Source of the DNA: Solirubrobacteraceae bacterium
GTDB lineage: Bacteria; Actinomycetota; Thermoleophilia; Solirubrobacterales; Solirubrobacteraceae
Direction of reading: 5' to 3'
Assembly: GCA_036771025.1 (NCBI GenBank)
Contig: DAIPIC010000001.1
Location: 1 to 56,249 of the forward strand
DNA: 56,249 nt
Of the stretch, positions 1 to 10,068 are shown piece after piece; the stretch's first letter is position 1; each line of letters opens with the position of its first letter. Below the pieces are notes generated by a model. It saw only the letters and a program-made list of their open reading frames with translations. It made no database searches and was not told the origin of the DNA. Position numbers and translations under genes: made by a program.

Positions 1-72
1 GAGGAGGGCCGCGGGCGGGCCGGCGCGGCCCGGGGCTGATCGCTGGACGCCGTTAAAGGCCTGTTTCCCGGG

Positions 73-101
73 TTGGCCGGGCGATCACGCGCTGGTAGTC
101 T
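73..101 (+). promoter_or_regulatory. sigmaA-type promoter of the metal-transporter leader
   Basis: TTGGCC (73-78), 17-nt spacer, TAGTCT (96-101). Confidence 0.55.
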
Positions 102-127
102 GAAAACCAGCACCAGAGGTGTTTTTG

Positions 128-232
128 ATGCTGCACCACGACGGATATCAAGACAGCGACGAGCAACCGCGAAGTAGCAGGCTCGCGGCCGCGTGGTCGG
201 TGGCGCCTCGGAGATCTGATCCCCGGAAGTAG
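128..232 (+). CDS. Putative 34-aa leader peptide (MLHHDGYQDSDEQPRSSRLAAAWSVAPRRSDPRK)
   Basis: Translated by hand; SD-like AGAGGTG at 115-121, 6 nt before ATG; TAG at 230-232 abuts an anti-SD stem. Confidence 0.45.
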   Translation: MLHHDGYQDSDEQPRSSRLAAAWSVAPRRSDPRK

Positions 233-234
233 GT

Positions 235-287
235 GACCTCCCTCCCCCGGCCGCAGACGAGGCGGCGACGGGGTCAGAAAGGAGGTC
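235..287 (+). promoter_or_regulatory. SD-sequestering hairpin
   Basis: GACCTCC (235-241) complementary to GGAGGTC (281-287), which contains the SD for ATG 294; nested CCCC/GGGG and GCCGC/GCGGC stems. Confidence 0.6.
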
Positions 288-293
288 GAGCAC

Positions 294-1961
294 ATGACGA
301 CGAAGCCGCCCGCCGGCGTCGAGAAGCCGCGGGCGCGCGGTTCTGCCGCGCCCGGCGAGCGCGCCGTGCTCGACTCCGGTCACGCAGGAGACATTCGCGG
401 GGCGTTCGGAACGATCAAGCAGCCCGACGAGGCCCACCGCAGCCTCCGTTCGCGCGCGCTCGCGCTGCTGGCGATCATCGGGCCGGGACTGATCGTGATG
501 GTCGGCGACAACGACGCGGGGGGCGTCTCGACCTATGTCCAGGCGGGACAGAATTACGGCACAAGCCTGCTCTGGGTGCTGCTGCTGTTGGTCCCGGTGC
601 TGATCGTCAACCAGGAGATGGTGGTGCGCCTGGGGGCCGTGACCGGCGTGGGCCATGCCCGGCTGATCGCCGAGCGGTTCGGTCGCGGCTGGGCGTGGTT
701 CGAGGGGAGCTTCCTGTTCCTGCAGAACTTCCTGATCATCGTCACGGAGTTCATCGGGGTGAGCCTGGCGCTGTCCTACCTCGGTGTATCTCAGTATGTG
801 TCGGTCCCGGTTGCCGCCGTCGGTCTGGTCGCGGTGAGCGCCAGCGGCAGCTTCAGGCTCTGGGAGCGCTCGATGTTCCTGTTCGTGTTCGCGAACCTGC
901 TGGTGATCCCGCTGTTCGTCATGGTCCACCCAACGGGCGGCCAGATCTTCCGGCATTTCGTGATCCCTGGAATCCATGGCGGCGCCACCTCCACCGCGAT
1001 CCTGTTGATCATCGCGATCGTCGGGACCACGGTCGCCCCGTGGCAGCTGTTCTTCCAGCAGTCGAACATCGCTGACAAGCGCATCACGCCACGGTGGATC
1101 AACTACGAACGCATCGATACGTTCGTCGGCGCCGCCGTCGTCGTGACCGTCGCCGGCGCACTGATCTGCATCACCGCGTTCGCGCTTGGGGGGACACGCT
1201 TTTTCGGGCATTTCATCGACGCGGGAACGGTCGCGCACGCGCTCCGTCACACGATCGGCTCCGTCGGCGCGGCATTCTTTGCCGTCGTGCTCCTCAACGC
1301 GTCGCTCATCGGCGCGGGCACGGTGACCCTGGCCACTTCGTATGCGATCGGAGACCTCACGGGCGCGAGGGGCTCGCTGCACCGGAGCTTCTTTCAGGCC
1401 AAGGGGTTCTACACGGTCTTCAGCGCGCTGATCCTCGCTGCGGCCGGGATCGTGTTGATCCCCGGCGCTCCCCTCGGCGTGATCACCGAGGCGGTGCAGG
1501 CTCTCGCCGGAACGGTTCTTCCGGTGACGACCGTCTTCCTGCTCATGCTCTGCAACGACCGCGACGTGCTGGGGCCCTGGGCCAACCCGCCGTGGCTGCG
1601 CGCGTTCGCGAGCGTGGTGGTCGGGGTCCTGATCCTGCTGTCGGTGATCCTTACCGTGACCACGATCTTCCCGGGCATCGATGTGACGACGCTGGCGGCC
1701 GCCGGCGGCGGTGTCCTGCTGGCGGCCCTGCTCGGCTATGCGCTGAACTGGGCACGCGGGCGGCGGGGAGCGGAGGCGGTGAGCGTGATTGGCAGCGCTC
1801 CGGAAGTCCCGCGTGAGTCGTGGACGATGCCGCCCGCCGCGCTCCTGTCCCGTCCCCAGTGGTCGGCCGCCCGCCACGCCGCGATGCTCGCGCTGGGCGC
1901 GTATATGGTGGTCGCGCTGGTGTTGCTGGTCGTCAAGACCGTCCAGCTTGCGGGGGGCTAG
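294..1961 (+). CDS. Nramp-family divalent metal transporter, NRMT/Mg2+-type
   Basis: About 12 hydrophobic segments; GPGLIVMVGDNDAGG TM1 motif, GTTVAPW TM6 motif; strong SD GGAGG. Confidence 0.88.
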   Translation: MTTKPPAGVEKPRARGSAAPGERAVLDSGHAGDIRGAFGTIKQPDEAHRSLRSRALALLAIIGPGLIVMVGDNDAGGVSTYVQAGQNYGTSLLWVLLLLVPVLIVNQEMVVRLGAVTGVGHARLIAERFGRGWAWFEGSFLFLQNFLIIVTEFIGVSLALSYLGVSQYVSVPVAAVGLVAVSASGSFRLWERSMFLFVFANLLVIPLFVMVHPTGGQIFRHFVIPGIHGGATSTAILLIIAIVGTTVAPWQLFFQQSNIADKRITPRWINYERIDTFVGAAVVVTVAGALICITAFALGGTRFFGHFIDAGTVAHALRHTIGSVGAAFFAVVLLNASLIGAGTVTLATSYAIGDLTGARGSLHRSFFQAKGFYTVFSALILAAAGIVLIPGAPLGVITEAVQALAGTVLPVTTVFLLMLCNDRDVLGPWANPPWLRAFASVVVGVLILLSVILTVTTIFPGIDVTTLAAAGGGVLLAALLGYALNWARGRRGAEAVSVIGSAPEVPRESWTMPPAALLSRPQWSAARHAAMLALGAYMVVALVLLVVKTVQLAGG

Positions 1962-2407
1962 TGCTGAGCCCGCGGGCTCGCTAACTCGGGCGCCCACTCC
2001 GGGTAGCGCGGCAGTCCGTCGTCGGGGACCGGCTCCCAGGCTGCCGCGGAGGCGAGGAACTGGCGGTAGCGCGGGCGCACGACGGGATCCCCATCGAACG
2101 TACCCATGCGGATCCCGATCTGCTCGGGGTCGTCGGGATTCCGGCTGAAGAGCGACGAACCGCAGACGCCGCAGAACCACTTCTCCCATCCATTCGAGGG
2201 CGTCCAGGCTTTCAGGCACTCCTGGCCGGCGATTATCCGGAAGGCGGAGGCCGCCGGCCATGCGCTGCAGGATGCGGCCGTGCCCGTCCGCCGCTGACAG
2301 CGCCTGCAGTGGCAGTAGGAGGCACCAAGCAGGGGCGCCGTCACCTCGTACCGGACGGCGCCACAGTTGCAGCCGCCGGTCAGCGGTTCGAAGCCGTTCT
2401 CAGCCAC
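1958..2407 (-). CDS. GFA/CENP-V family Zn-binding protein
   Basis: GGCNCGAVRY, CHCRRCQR and FCGVCGS motifs. Confidence 0.9.
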   Translation of the reverse strand: MAENGFEPLTGGCNCGAVRYEVTAPLLGASYCHCRRCQRRTGTAASCSAWPAASAFRIIAGQECLKAWTPSNGWEKWFCGVCGSSLFSRNPDDPEQIGIRMGTFDGDPVVRPRYRQFLASAAAWEPVPDDGLPRYPEWAPELASPRAQH

Positions 2408-2460
2408 GCGAGGGAGCTTAGGGCTACCACGCCCAGGCCGCTGCGATACTGGCCGCCGAC

Positions 2461-3774
2461 GTGACCGCCCCGTACACCTCCCTGCTTGCCGAGGAGCTCG
2501 CGCCCGACCTCCTCTCCCGTTTCGAGCGCTACGTGCGCATCGACACCCAGTCGCGCCGCGATCGCGAGCGCTCTCCGAGCACGCCGGGCCAATTGGAGCT
2601 CGGCCGCATGCTCGCGGCTGAGCTTCGGGATGCGGGCATCGACGATGCCGAACTGGACGACAACGGCTACGTGGTCGCGACGCTTCCTGGCAACCTCGAC
2701 GGCCAGCCTGATGAAGGGGCTATCGGCCTGATCGCCCACATGGATACCAGTCCCGACGCTCCGGGAGCGGGAGTCGAGCCGATCGTCCACCGCTCCTACG
2801 ACGGCGGTGTGATCGAGCTTCCAAGGGGCGGGACCCGGCTCGATCCGGCGGCGATCCCCGAGCTCGGAGGCAAAGCGGGCCACGACCTCGTGACGGCCAG
2901 TGGCGACACGCTGCTCGGGGCCGACGACAAGGCGGGGGTGGCCGAGATCATGTCGGCCGCTACGTACCTCGCTTCCCATCCCGAGCTTCCCCGTCCTACG
3001 CTCCGCATCGCCTTCACCCCTGACGAGGAGATCGGCCAGGGCGCGAGCCTGTTCGACATCGATCGCTTCGGCGCCGTCTGTGCCTACACCATCGACGGCT
3101 CTGAGCTTGGCGAGCTCCAAGATGAGACTTTCTCCGCCTACGAGGCCCTCGTGACAATCGAGGGGGTCGACGTCCATCCCGGCCAGGCGACAGGCAAGCT
3201 GGTCAATGCCCTCCGTCTGATGTCGCGCCTGATCGCGGACCTTCCTTCGGCCACCCTTGCTCCGGAGACCACGGCAGAGCGCGAGGGCTTCATCCATCCC
3301 TACGAGCTGTCGGCCACGGCGGGCCGCGCTGAGCTCAGAGCGATCATTCGAGACTTCGACGAGGAGCTGCTCGAGGAGCACGCCCAGCTGCTAAAGCGCG
3401 TCGCCCACGAAGTGGTGGACCCGGAACCACGGGCGCGTCTCGACGTCGAGATCCGCCGCCAGTACCGGAACATGCGCCAATACCTCCACGACGTTCCGGC
3501 TGTGGTCGAGGCCGCCGAAGCGGCCATTCGGGCCGAGGGGCTCGAGCCCATCAGGACTCCCATCCGGGGAGGCACGGACGGCTCTCTCCTGAGCGAGATG
3601 GGCCTTCCGACCCCCAACATCTTCACCGGAGGCCACGAGTACCACTCGGTGCGGGAGTGGGCCTCTCTACATGACGGGGCGGCGGCGCCCGCGACCATCG
3701 TGCGGCTGGCGCGGGTCTGGACCTGGCCCGAGCACGCCACGGCGTTGAAGAGTCGCCAACCCGCCTCGCGTTAG
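2461..3774 (+). CDS. pepT: Tripeptide aminopeptidase PepT (M20B)
   Basis: IAHMDTSPD, LLGADDKAG, FTPDEEIG, RGGTDG, GGHEYHS motifs. Confidence 0.93.
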   Translation: MTAPYTSLLAEELAPDLLSRFERYVRIDTQSRRDRERSPSTPGQLELGRMLAAELRDAGIDDAELDDNGYVVATLPGNLDGQPDEGAIGLIAHMDTSPDAPGAGVEPIVHRSYDGGVIELPRGGTRLDPAAIPELGGKAGHDLVTASGDTLLGADDKAGVAEIMSAATYLASHPELPRPTLRIAFTPDEEIGQGASLFDIDRFGAVCAYTIDGSELGELQDETFSAYEALVTIEGVDVHPGQATGKLVNALRLMSRLIADLPSATLAPETTAEREGFIHPYELSATAGRAELRAIIRDFDEELLEEHAQLLKRVAHEVVDPEPRARLDVEIRRQYRNMRQYLHDVPAVVEAAEAAIRAEGLEPIRTPIRGGTDGSLLSEMGLPTPNIFTGGHEYHSVREWASLHDGAAAPATIVRLARVWTWPEHATALKSRQPASR

Positions 3775-3786
3775 GCTCCGCCGCCG

Positions 3787-4590
3787 GTGAGCCCAACCTT
3801 CAGCGGATGCCTGGCGTCGGTGGACGGCGCCATCACGCTTGCATCGGAGGCGACAATCCCTGCCACCGATGAGGGGCTGCTCCGCGGCGACGGCATATTT
3901 GAGGTCATCCGCGTCTACGACGGCCGCCCGTTCGCGCTCGAGGACCATCTCAAACGGCTGGAGCGCTCGGCGCTGAATCTGCGCTTGCCGCTCGACCTGG
4001 AGGCCGTTCGGACCGACGCCAACCGCTTGCTCGCTCACGCCGGACCCGGGCCGGACCACGAGCTGCTGAGGATCGTCGTCACCCGCGGCGGGCGCCGGCT
4101 GCTGCTGACCGAGCCCATGCCTGATGCGCCCGAACGTATCCGGCTTCAATCCATCACCTATGCCCCCACCGGCGTGCTTGACGGCGTCAAGTCGCTCTCG
4201 TACGCCGGGAACATGCTCGCCAGCAGACTGGCCCGGGAGCGCGGTGCGGACGAGGCCCTGCTCGTCACTCCGCAGGGACATGTGCTCGAGGCCCCGACCA
4301 GCTCGATCTTCTGGGTGAAGGACGGCGACATCTGGACGCCGCCGCTGTCTGAGCACATCCTGGCGTCGATCACGCGAGCGCTGGTGCTCGATTTGAGCGG
4401 CGCGCAGGAGCAGCCGTGCACGCTCCAGGATCTGTTCGATGCGGACGAGGCGTTCCTAACCTCCACCACGCGTGAGGTACAGCCGGTTGTGACGATCGAC
4501 GAGCACAACTTCGTGGCCGACAGTCCGGTCACCGCGCGGGTGGCGCTGGAGGTCTCGGCCCGGATCCAGTCGGAGCTGGCAAGCGGTTGA
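3787..4590 (+). CDS. PLP-dependent aminotransferase class IV (D-amino-acid aminotransferase/BCAT/ADC lyase-like)
   Basis: GDGIFEVIR, HLKRL, VKSLSY (PLP Lys), ILASITR. Confidence 0.88.
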   Translation: MSPTFSGCLASVDGAITLASEATIPATDEGLLRGDGIFEVIRVYDGRPFALEDHLKRLERSALNLRLPLDLEAVRTDANRLLAHAGPGPDHELLRIVVTRGGRRLLLTEPMPDAPERIRLQSITYAPTGVLDGVKSLSYAGNMLASRLARERGADEALLVTPQGHVLEAPTSSIFWVKDGDIWTPPLSEHILASITRALVLDLSGAQEQPCTLQDLFDADEAFLTSTTREVQPVVTIDEHNFVADSPVTARVALEVSARIQSELASG

Positions 4591-5657
4591 AGATCCTGAC
4601 GGTCATCGGCAACCGCCCGCAGTTCATCAAGGCGGCGGCGGTCACCCCGGTGCTGCGCGCCCAGCACGAGGAGGTGATGGTCCACACCGGGCAGCACTAC
4701 GACGACGAGCTGTCCACCGTGTTCTTCGCCGAGCTCGGCCTGCCGCCACCGGCGATCGAACTGGGAATCGGGCTGGGCTCAAATACCTCGCAGACCGCCC
4801 GGATGCTGAGCGCGCTCGAGCCGGTCCTGGCCGAGGCGCAGCCCGAGGTCGTCCTCGTGTATGGCGATACAAACTCCACCTTGGCCGGGGCGCTCGCGGG
4901 CGCGCAGGCGGGGGTGCCGGTGGCGCACGTCGAGGCCGGCATGCGCTCGTTCGACCGCTCGATGCCCGAGGAGCTGAACCGGGTGTTGGTGGACCACGCC
5001 AGCGCCCTGCTCCTATGCTCTTCTGAGAGAGCGGCCGAGAACCTCCGCCGGGAGGGCGTGAACGGTGCGGTCGAAGCGGTCGGAGACGTCATGGTCGATG
5101 TCGCGATGGCCGTCCAGCCCCGCGCCCGCGAGCGTCTAGACGTGCTCGACACCCGCGGGCTGGAGCCCGGTCGGTACGTCGTCGCTACCGCCCATCGAGC
5201 CGGAAACGTCGACGATCCCGCCCGCCTGGCGGCGTTGGCGGAGCTGCTGCTGGCAATCCCCATGCCCGTGGTGTTCCCGGTCCATCCCCGTACCCGGAAC
5301 CGGCTGCAGACCGGCGAGCTGCTCGAGCAGCTCGCGGACGCGCAGACAGTGATCGTGTCGCCGCCGCTCGGTTACGTGGAGCTGGCGGCTCTCCTCTGCA
5401 ACGCCCGGGCCGTGATCACCGACTCGGGCGGACTGCAGAAGGAGGCCTACCTGGCGGGGGTCCAGTGCCTGACGCTGAGGTCGAACACCGAGTGGACGGA
5501 GACGGTGGATCGCGGTTGGAACGTCCTGGTGGACCTTGATCCCGGCCGTACCTTGGCTGCGCTTGAGCGAGAGCCGCCAGCCGAGCGTCCGCCTCTGTAT
5601 GGCGATGGGCTCGCCGGGGAACGCGTCGTCGCCGCGCTTAGACTCCACGCTCGATGA
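4587..5657 (+). CDS. wecB: Non-hydrolysing UDP-GlcNAc-type 2-epimerase (WecB/WbpI family)
   Basis: GNRPQFIK, HTGQHYD, GDTNST, HVEAG, PEELNR, DSGGLQKEA; TTGA overlap with upstream gene. Confidence 0.92.
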   Translation: MKILTVIGNRPQFIKAAAVTPVLRAQHEEVMVHTGQHYDDELSTVFFAELGLPPPAIELGIGLGSNTSQTARMLSALEPVLAEAQPEVVLVYGDTNSTLAGALAGAQAGVPVAHVEAGMRSFDRSMPEELNRVLVDHASALLLCSSERAAENLRREGVNGAVEAVGDVMVDVAMAVQPRARERLDVLDTRGLEPGRYVVATAHRAGNVDDPARLAALAELLLAIPMPVVFPVHPRTRNRLQTGELLEQLADAQTVIVSPPLGYVELAALLCNARAVITDSGGLQKEAYLAGVQCLTLRSNTEWTETVDRGWNVLVDLDPGRTLAALEREPPAERPPLYGDGLAGERVVAALRLHAR

Positions 5658-6688
5658 CCGAGCCTGCGATCACCGTCGGCGTCGTCGGGCTCGGCTATTG
5701 GGGACCAAATCTGGCCCGGAACTTTGCCGCCATACCGGGGTGCGAGCTGAGCTGGTGCTGCGATGCCTCGCCGGAGGCACAAAACCGGATCCGGGCGGCG
5801 TTTCCGTCGGTGCCGGTGGCGAGCGACGTCGATGAGCTGCTGCGTGATCCCGGCCTTGACGCCATCGCTATCGCCACGCCGGTGCCCAGTCACGCCCAGC
5901 TCGCGATCCGGGCGCTCGAGGCCGGAAAGCACTGTCTGGTCGAGAAGCCGCTAGCGCAGTCGCTGGTCGATGCCCAGCGCGTAGTGGCGGCAGCGGGGGC
6001 AAGCGGACGGATCCTGATGGTTGGGCATCTGCTCGAGTACCACCCTGGTGTCCAGGAGCTCAAGGCGCTCGCCGACTCGGGCGATCTGGGGGATCGGATC
6101 TACTACATCTACGGCAACCGCCTCAACCTGGGAAAGCTGCGCTCGGATGAGAACGCGCTGTGGAGCCTCGGCGCGCACGACGTTTCGGTGGTGCTTTACC
6201 TGGCGGGGGAAGAGCCGACCGAGGTGAGCGCCCGCGGCGAGTCGTATGTCCGCTCGGGCGTGGAGGACGTGGTGTTCTGCTTCCTGCGCTTCCCGTCCGG
6301 GCTCTCTGCCCACCTGCATCTCTCCTGGCTTGACCCCCACAAGGAGCGCCGCTTCACGGTCGTCGGCTCTCGCCGGATGGCGACCTTCGATGACATGGCG
6401 ATCGAGGGCAAGCTGACCGTGTATGACAAGGGCTTCGACGAGGACGCCCGCGGATACGGCGAGTACATAACTCGTGTCGGCGGAAGCTGGAGCCCCAGGG
6501 TCCCGAACGTCGAACCGCTTCGCGTCGAGTGCGAGCACTTCGTCGACTGCGTGCGCAGCGGTAAGCGCCCCCGCTCTGACGGCGAGAGCGGGCTGAGGGT
6601 GGTAACCGTGCTGGAGCAGCTTCAGCGATCGCTGGAGGACTCCAGGCGCGCCGCCGCGACCGAGCCGCAAGCCGATGTCCGTGGCTGA
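5654..6688 (+). CDS. Gfo/Idh/MocA NAD-dependent oxidoreductase
   Basis: VGLGYWG Rossmann motif, LVEKPL, SLGAHD; ATGA overlap. Confidence 0.9.
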   Translation: MTEPAITVGVVGLGYWGPNLARNFAAIPGCELSWCCDASPEAQNRIRAAFPSVPVASDVDELLRDPGLDAIAIATPVPSHAQLAIRALEAGKHCLVEKPLAQSLVDAQRVVAAAGASGRILMVGHLLEYHPGVQELKALADSGDLGDRIYYIYGNRLNLGKLRSDENALWSLGAHDVSVVLYLAGEEPTEVSARGESYVRSGVEDVVFCFLRFPSGLSAHLHLSWLDPHKERRFTVVGSRRMATFDDMAIEGKLTVYDKGFDEDARGYGEYITRVGGSWSPRVPNVEPLRVECEHFVDCVRSGKRPRSDGESGLRVVTVLEQLQRSLEDSRRAAATEPQADVRG

Positions 6689-7394
6689 GGTCGCTCCAAC
6701 CGCGCATGTGGAGGCCGGTGCCCGTTTGGCGGACGGGGTGCTCGTCCGCGCGGGCGCGGTGATCCACGGGGGAGTGGAGATCGGCGAGGGCTGCGTGATC
6801 GAGGAATGCGCCGTCCTCGGGAAGCGGCCGCGGCTGCGCGCCACCTCCAGTGCCAAAGCGGCGGCACAGGGTGCTTCCTCCGCCCCCCTCGTCCTCGAGC
6901 CCGGAGCGACCATCTGCTGCGGGGCGGTTATCTATGCCGGTGCCCGCATCGGCCAGAACGCGATCGTCGGCGACCAGTCGCAAATCCGCGAGCGGGCGAC
7001 CGTGGGGCCGGAGAGCGTGGTGGGGCGAGGCTCCTCGATCGACTTCGACGTCACGGTCGGCCAGCGGGTGGTGATCCAGACAGGTGTGTACGTGACTGGC
7101 GGCACGGTCGTCGAGGATGACGTGTTCCTGGGACCCGGCGTGGTTACGACCAACGACGACTCGATGGGCCGCCACGCGCGCGGAGCGGAGCTGGTCGGCG
7201 CCGTGCTCCGGCGGGCGTGCCGCGTGGGCGGCGGCGCGGTGCTCGTGCCGGGAGTCGAGATCGGCGAGGAGGCATATGTCGGCGCTGGAGCGGTCGTGAC
7301 CCGGGACATTCCCCCCCGGGCCGTGGCGATAGGGGTTCCGGCGCGAGTGGTGCGGGAGGTCGGCGAGCAGGACCTCATCGAGCGGTGGCAGTGA
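6675..7394 (+). CDS. Hexapeptide-repeat (left-handed beta-helix) N-acetyltransferase, WbpD-like
   Basis: Repeated [IV]Gxxxx[IV] hexads; [27 protein letters not shown]. Confidence 0.88.
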   Translation: MSVAEVAPTAHVEAGARLADGVLVRAGAVIHGGVEIGEGCVIEECAVLGKRPRLRATSSAKAAAQGASSAPLVLEPGATICCGAVIYAGARIGQNAIVGDQSQIRERATVGPESVVGRGSSIDFDVTVGQRVVIQTGVYVTGGTVVEDDVFLGPGVVTTNDDSMGRHARGAELVGAVLRRACRVGGGAVLVPGVEIGEEAYVGAGAVVTRDIPPRAVAIGVPARVVREVGEQDLIERWQ

Positions 7395-7450
7395 GAGAAT
7401 CCGGGGACGAACGGGCGGCGCCCGCCCGCTGACGAGAAGAGGAGACCGCG

Positions 7451-7777
7451 ATGGACACCTGGGACATCCGCTCACTGCCGATCGAGCCCCACCATCCTCA
7501 GGTGCTGAGATCGGACGAGGAGACGAGAGCGATCGCCATCGAGCTGCCTCGTGGCGAGGAGCTCCAGGAGCACCAGGTGCATGAGCGCACCTATCTCCTG
7601 GTCGCAGATGGAGAGATCGAGATAACGAAGGACGGTCGGGCCGTCCGGGGTGGCCCGGGGTTCGTGTCACATTTCGAGCCCGCTGAGCGGCGCGAGGTGC
7701 GCGCCCTTGAAGACTCGCGGTTGGTCTTGGTCCTGGCTCCATGGCCCGGCGTAGGCCATCCATCGCGCAGGGAGTAG
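7451..7777 (+). CDS. Cupin-domain protein
   Basis: LPRGEELQEHQVHE cupin motif 1 and motif-2-like FEPAERREVRA; SD GAGGAG. Confidence 0.8.
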   Translation: MDTWDIRSLPIEPHHPQVLRSDEETRAIAIELPRGEELQEHQVHERTYLLVADGEIEITKDGRAVRGGPGFVSHFEPAERREVRALEDSRLVLVLAPWPGVGHPSRRE

Positions 7778-7941
7778 TGCCGGTCCAGGAGGATCGCGAG
7801 CAGGGAACGCCACAGGGAAAAGCTCCTCGATGAAGAGCCTTCCTCGGGGGGTGAGTCGCATGACCCGGCCGAGCCCGAACAGGAGGGTGGCCCTGATTCG
7901 GTCGGCGATGCGACCGGCGAGGGCGGGTAGCGACGTTTGGG

Positions 7942-9378
<1,437 letters not shown>

Positions 9379-10068
9379 TCAGGCCAGACGCAGGTCCATG
9401 CGCCGGTCGTCTCCGAGGAGCGGCAGCTCGTCGCACATCTCCGTCAGGCGGGACACCGTGCGCTCGCTGATCTGCTCGCAGAGGGCTTCCCGATCGAGGA
9501 TGTTGGTGGTGATCACCATTGAGCGCTCGTCCTCGTAGCGAGCGTTGACGATCGAGTAGAGCTCCTCCAGAACCCAATCGGTGGTCCGTTCGGCCCCGAC
9601 GTCATCGATGTGCAGCAGGTCGACCGCTGTCAGCCGGTCGAGCAGGTCTACGTGGGATCGCTCGGAGCCATGTGCGGTCTCGCGAATCTCGTTGAGCAGC
9701 CGCGGAAGCGAGTAGATGGCCACGGACCGCCCCGCCTGGAGAGCGGCCTTGGAGACGAGCATGGCCAGCGTCGTCTTCCCGGTGCCGACCGGCCCCATGA
9801 ACCACAAGCCGCGCCCGGCAGCCAGCTGCTCGTCGATCGTATCTGCGTACCGTCGCGTGGCCGCGACGACGTGGGGGTCGATGTCGGTCACCGGCGGGCG
9901 GCCGAAGCTGACGTCGCGGTACCGGCGGGGGATCAGGGCCGACAGGCTCCGCGCTCGTGCCTGCGCCACGCGCTGAGGGCGACAGCGACAGTTGTAGGCG
10001 GTGTTGCTCGCCTCGTCGTACACGAACCCCGACCCGTCGCAGACGTCGAACGGGCAACCGGCCGTCAT
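9379..10068 (-). CDS. DnaC/DnaI/IstB-like AAA+ ATPase with N-terminal Cys cluster (putative helicase loader)
   Basis: CPFDVCDGSG...CRC; Walker A GPVGTGKT; Walker B LLHIDDVG; ITTN; ERTVSRL; ATGA overlap with dnaB. Confidence 0.85.
   Translation of the reverse strand: MTAGCPFDVCDGSGFVYDEASNTAYNCRCRPQRVAQARARSLSALIPRRYRDVSFGRPPVTDIDPHVVAATRRYADTIDEQLAAGRGLWFMGPVGTGKTTLAMLVSKAALQAGRSVAIYSLPRLLNEIRETAHGSERSHVDLLDRLTAVDLLHIDDVGAERTTDWVLEELYSIVNARYEDERSMVITTNILDREALCEQISERTVSRLTEMCDELPLLGDDRRMDLRLA

Noticed and set aside
1..293. M-box (ykoK) or yybP-ykoY riboswitch upstream of the Nramp-like gene
   Set aside because: Conserved cores not recognisable by eye, and the predicted promoter leaves a leader better explained by uORF plus hairpin; cmscan would settle it
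9379..10068. IS21 element (IstB)
   Set aside because: No IstA transposase or terminal repeats; the gene is coupled to dnaB in a core operon
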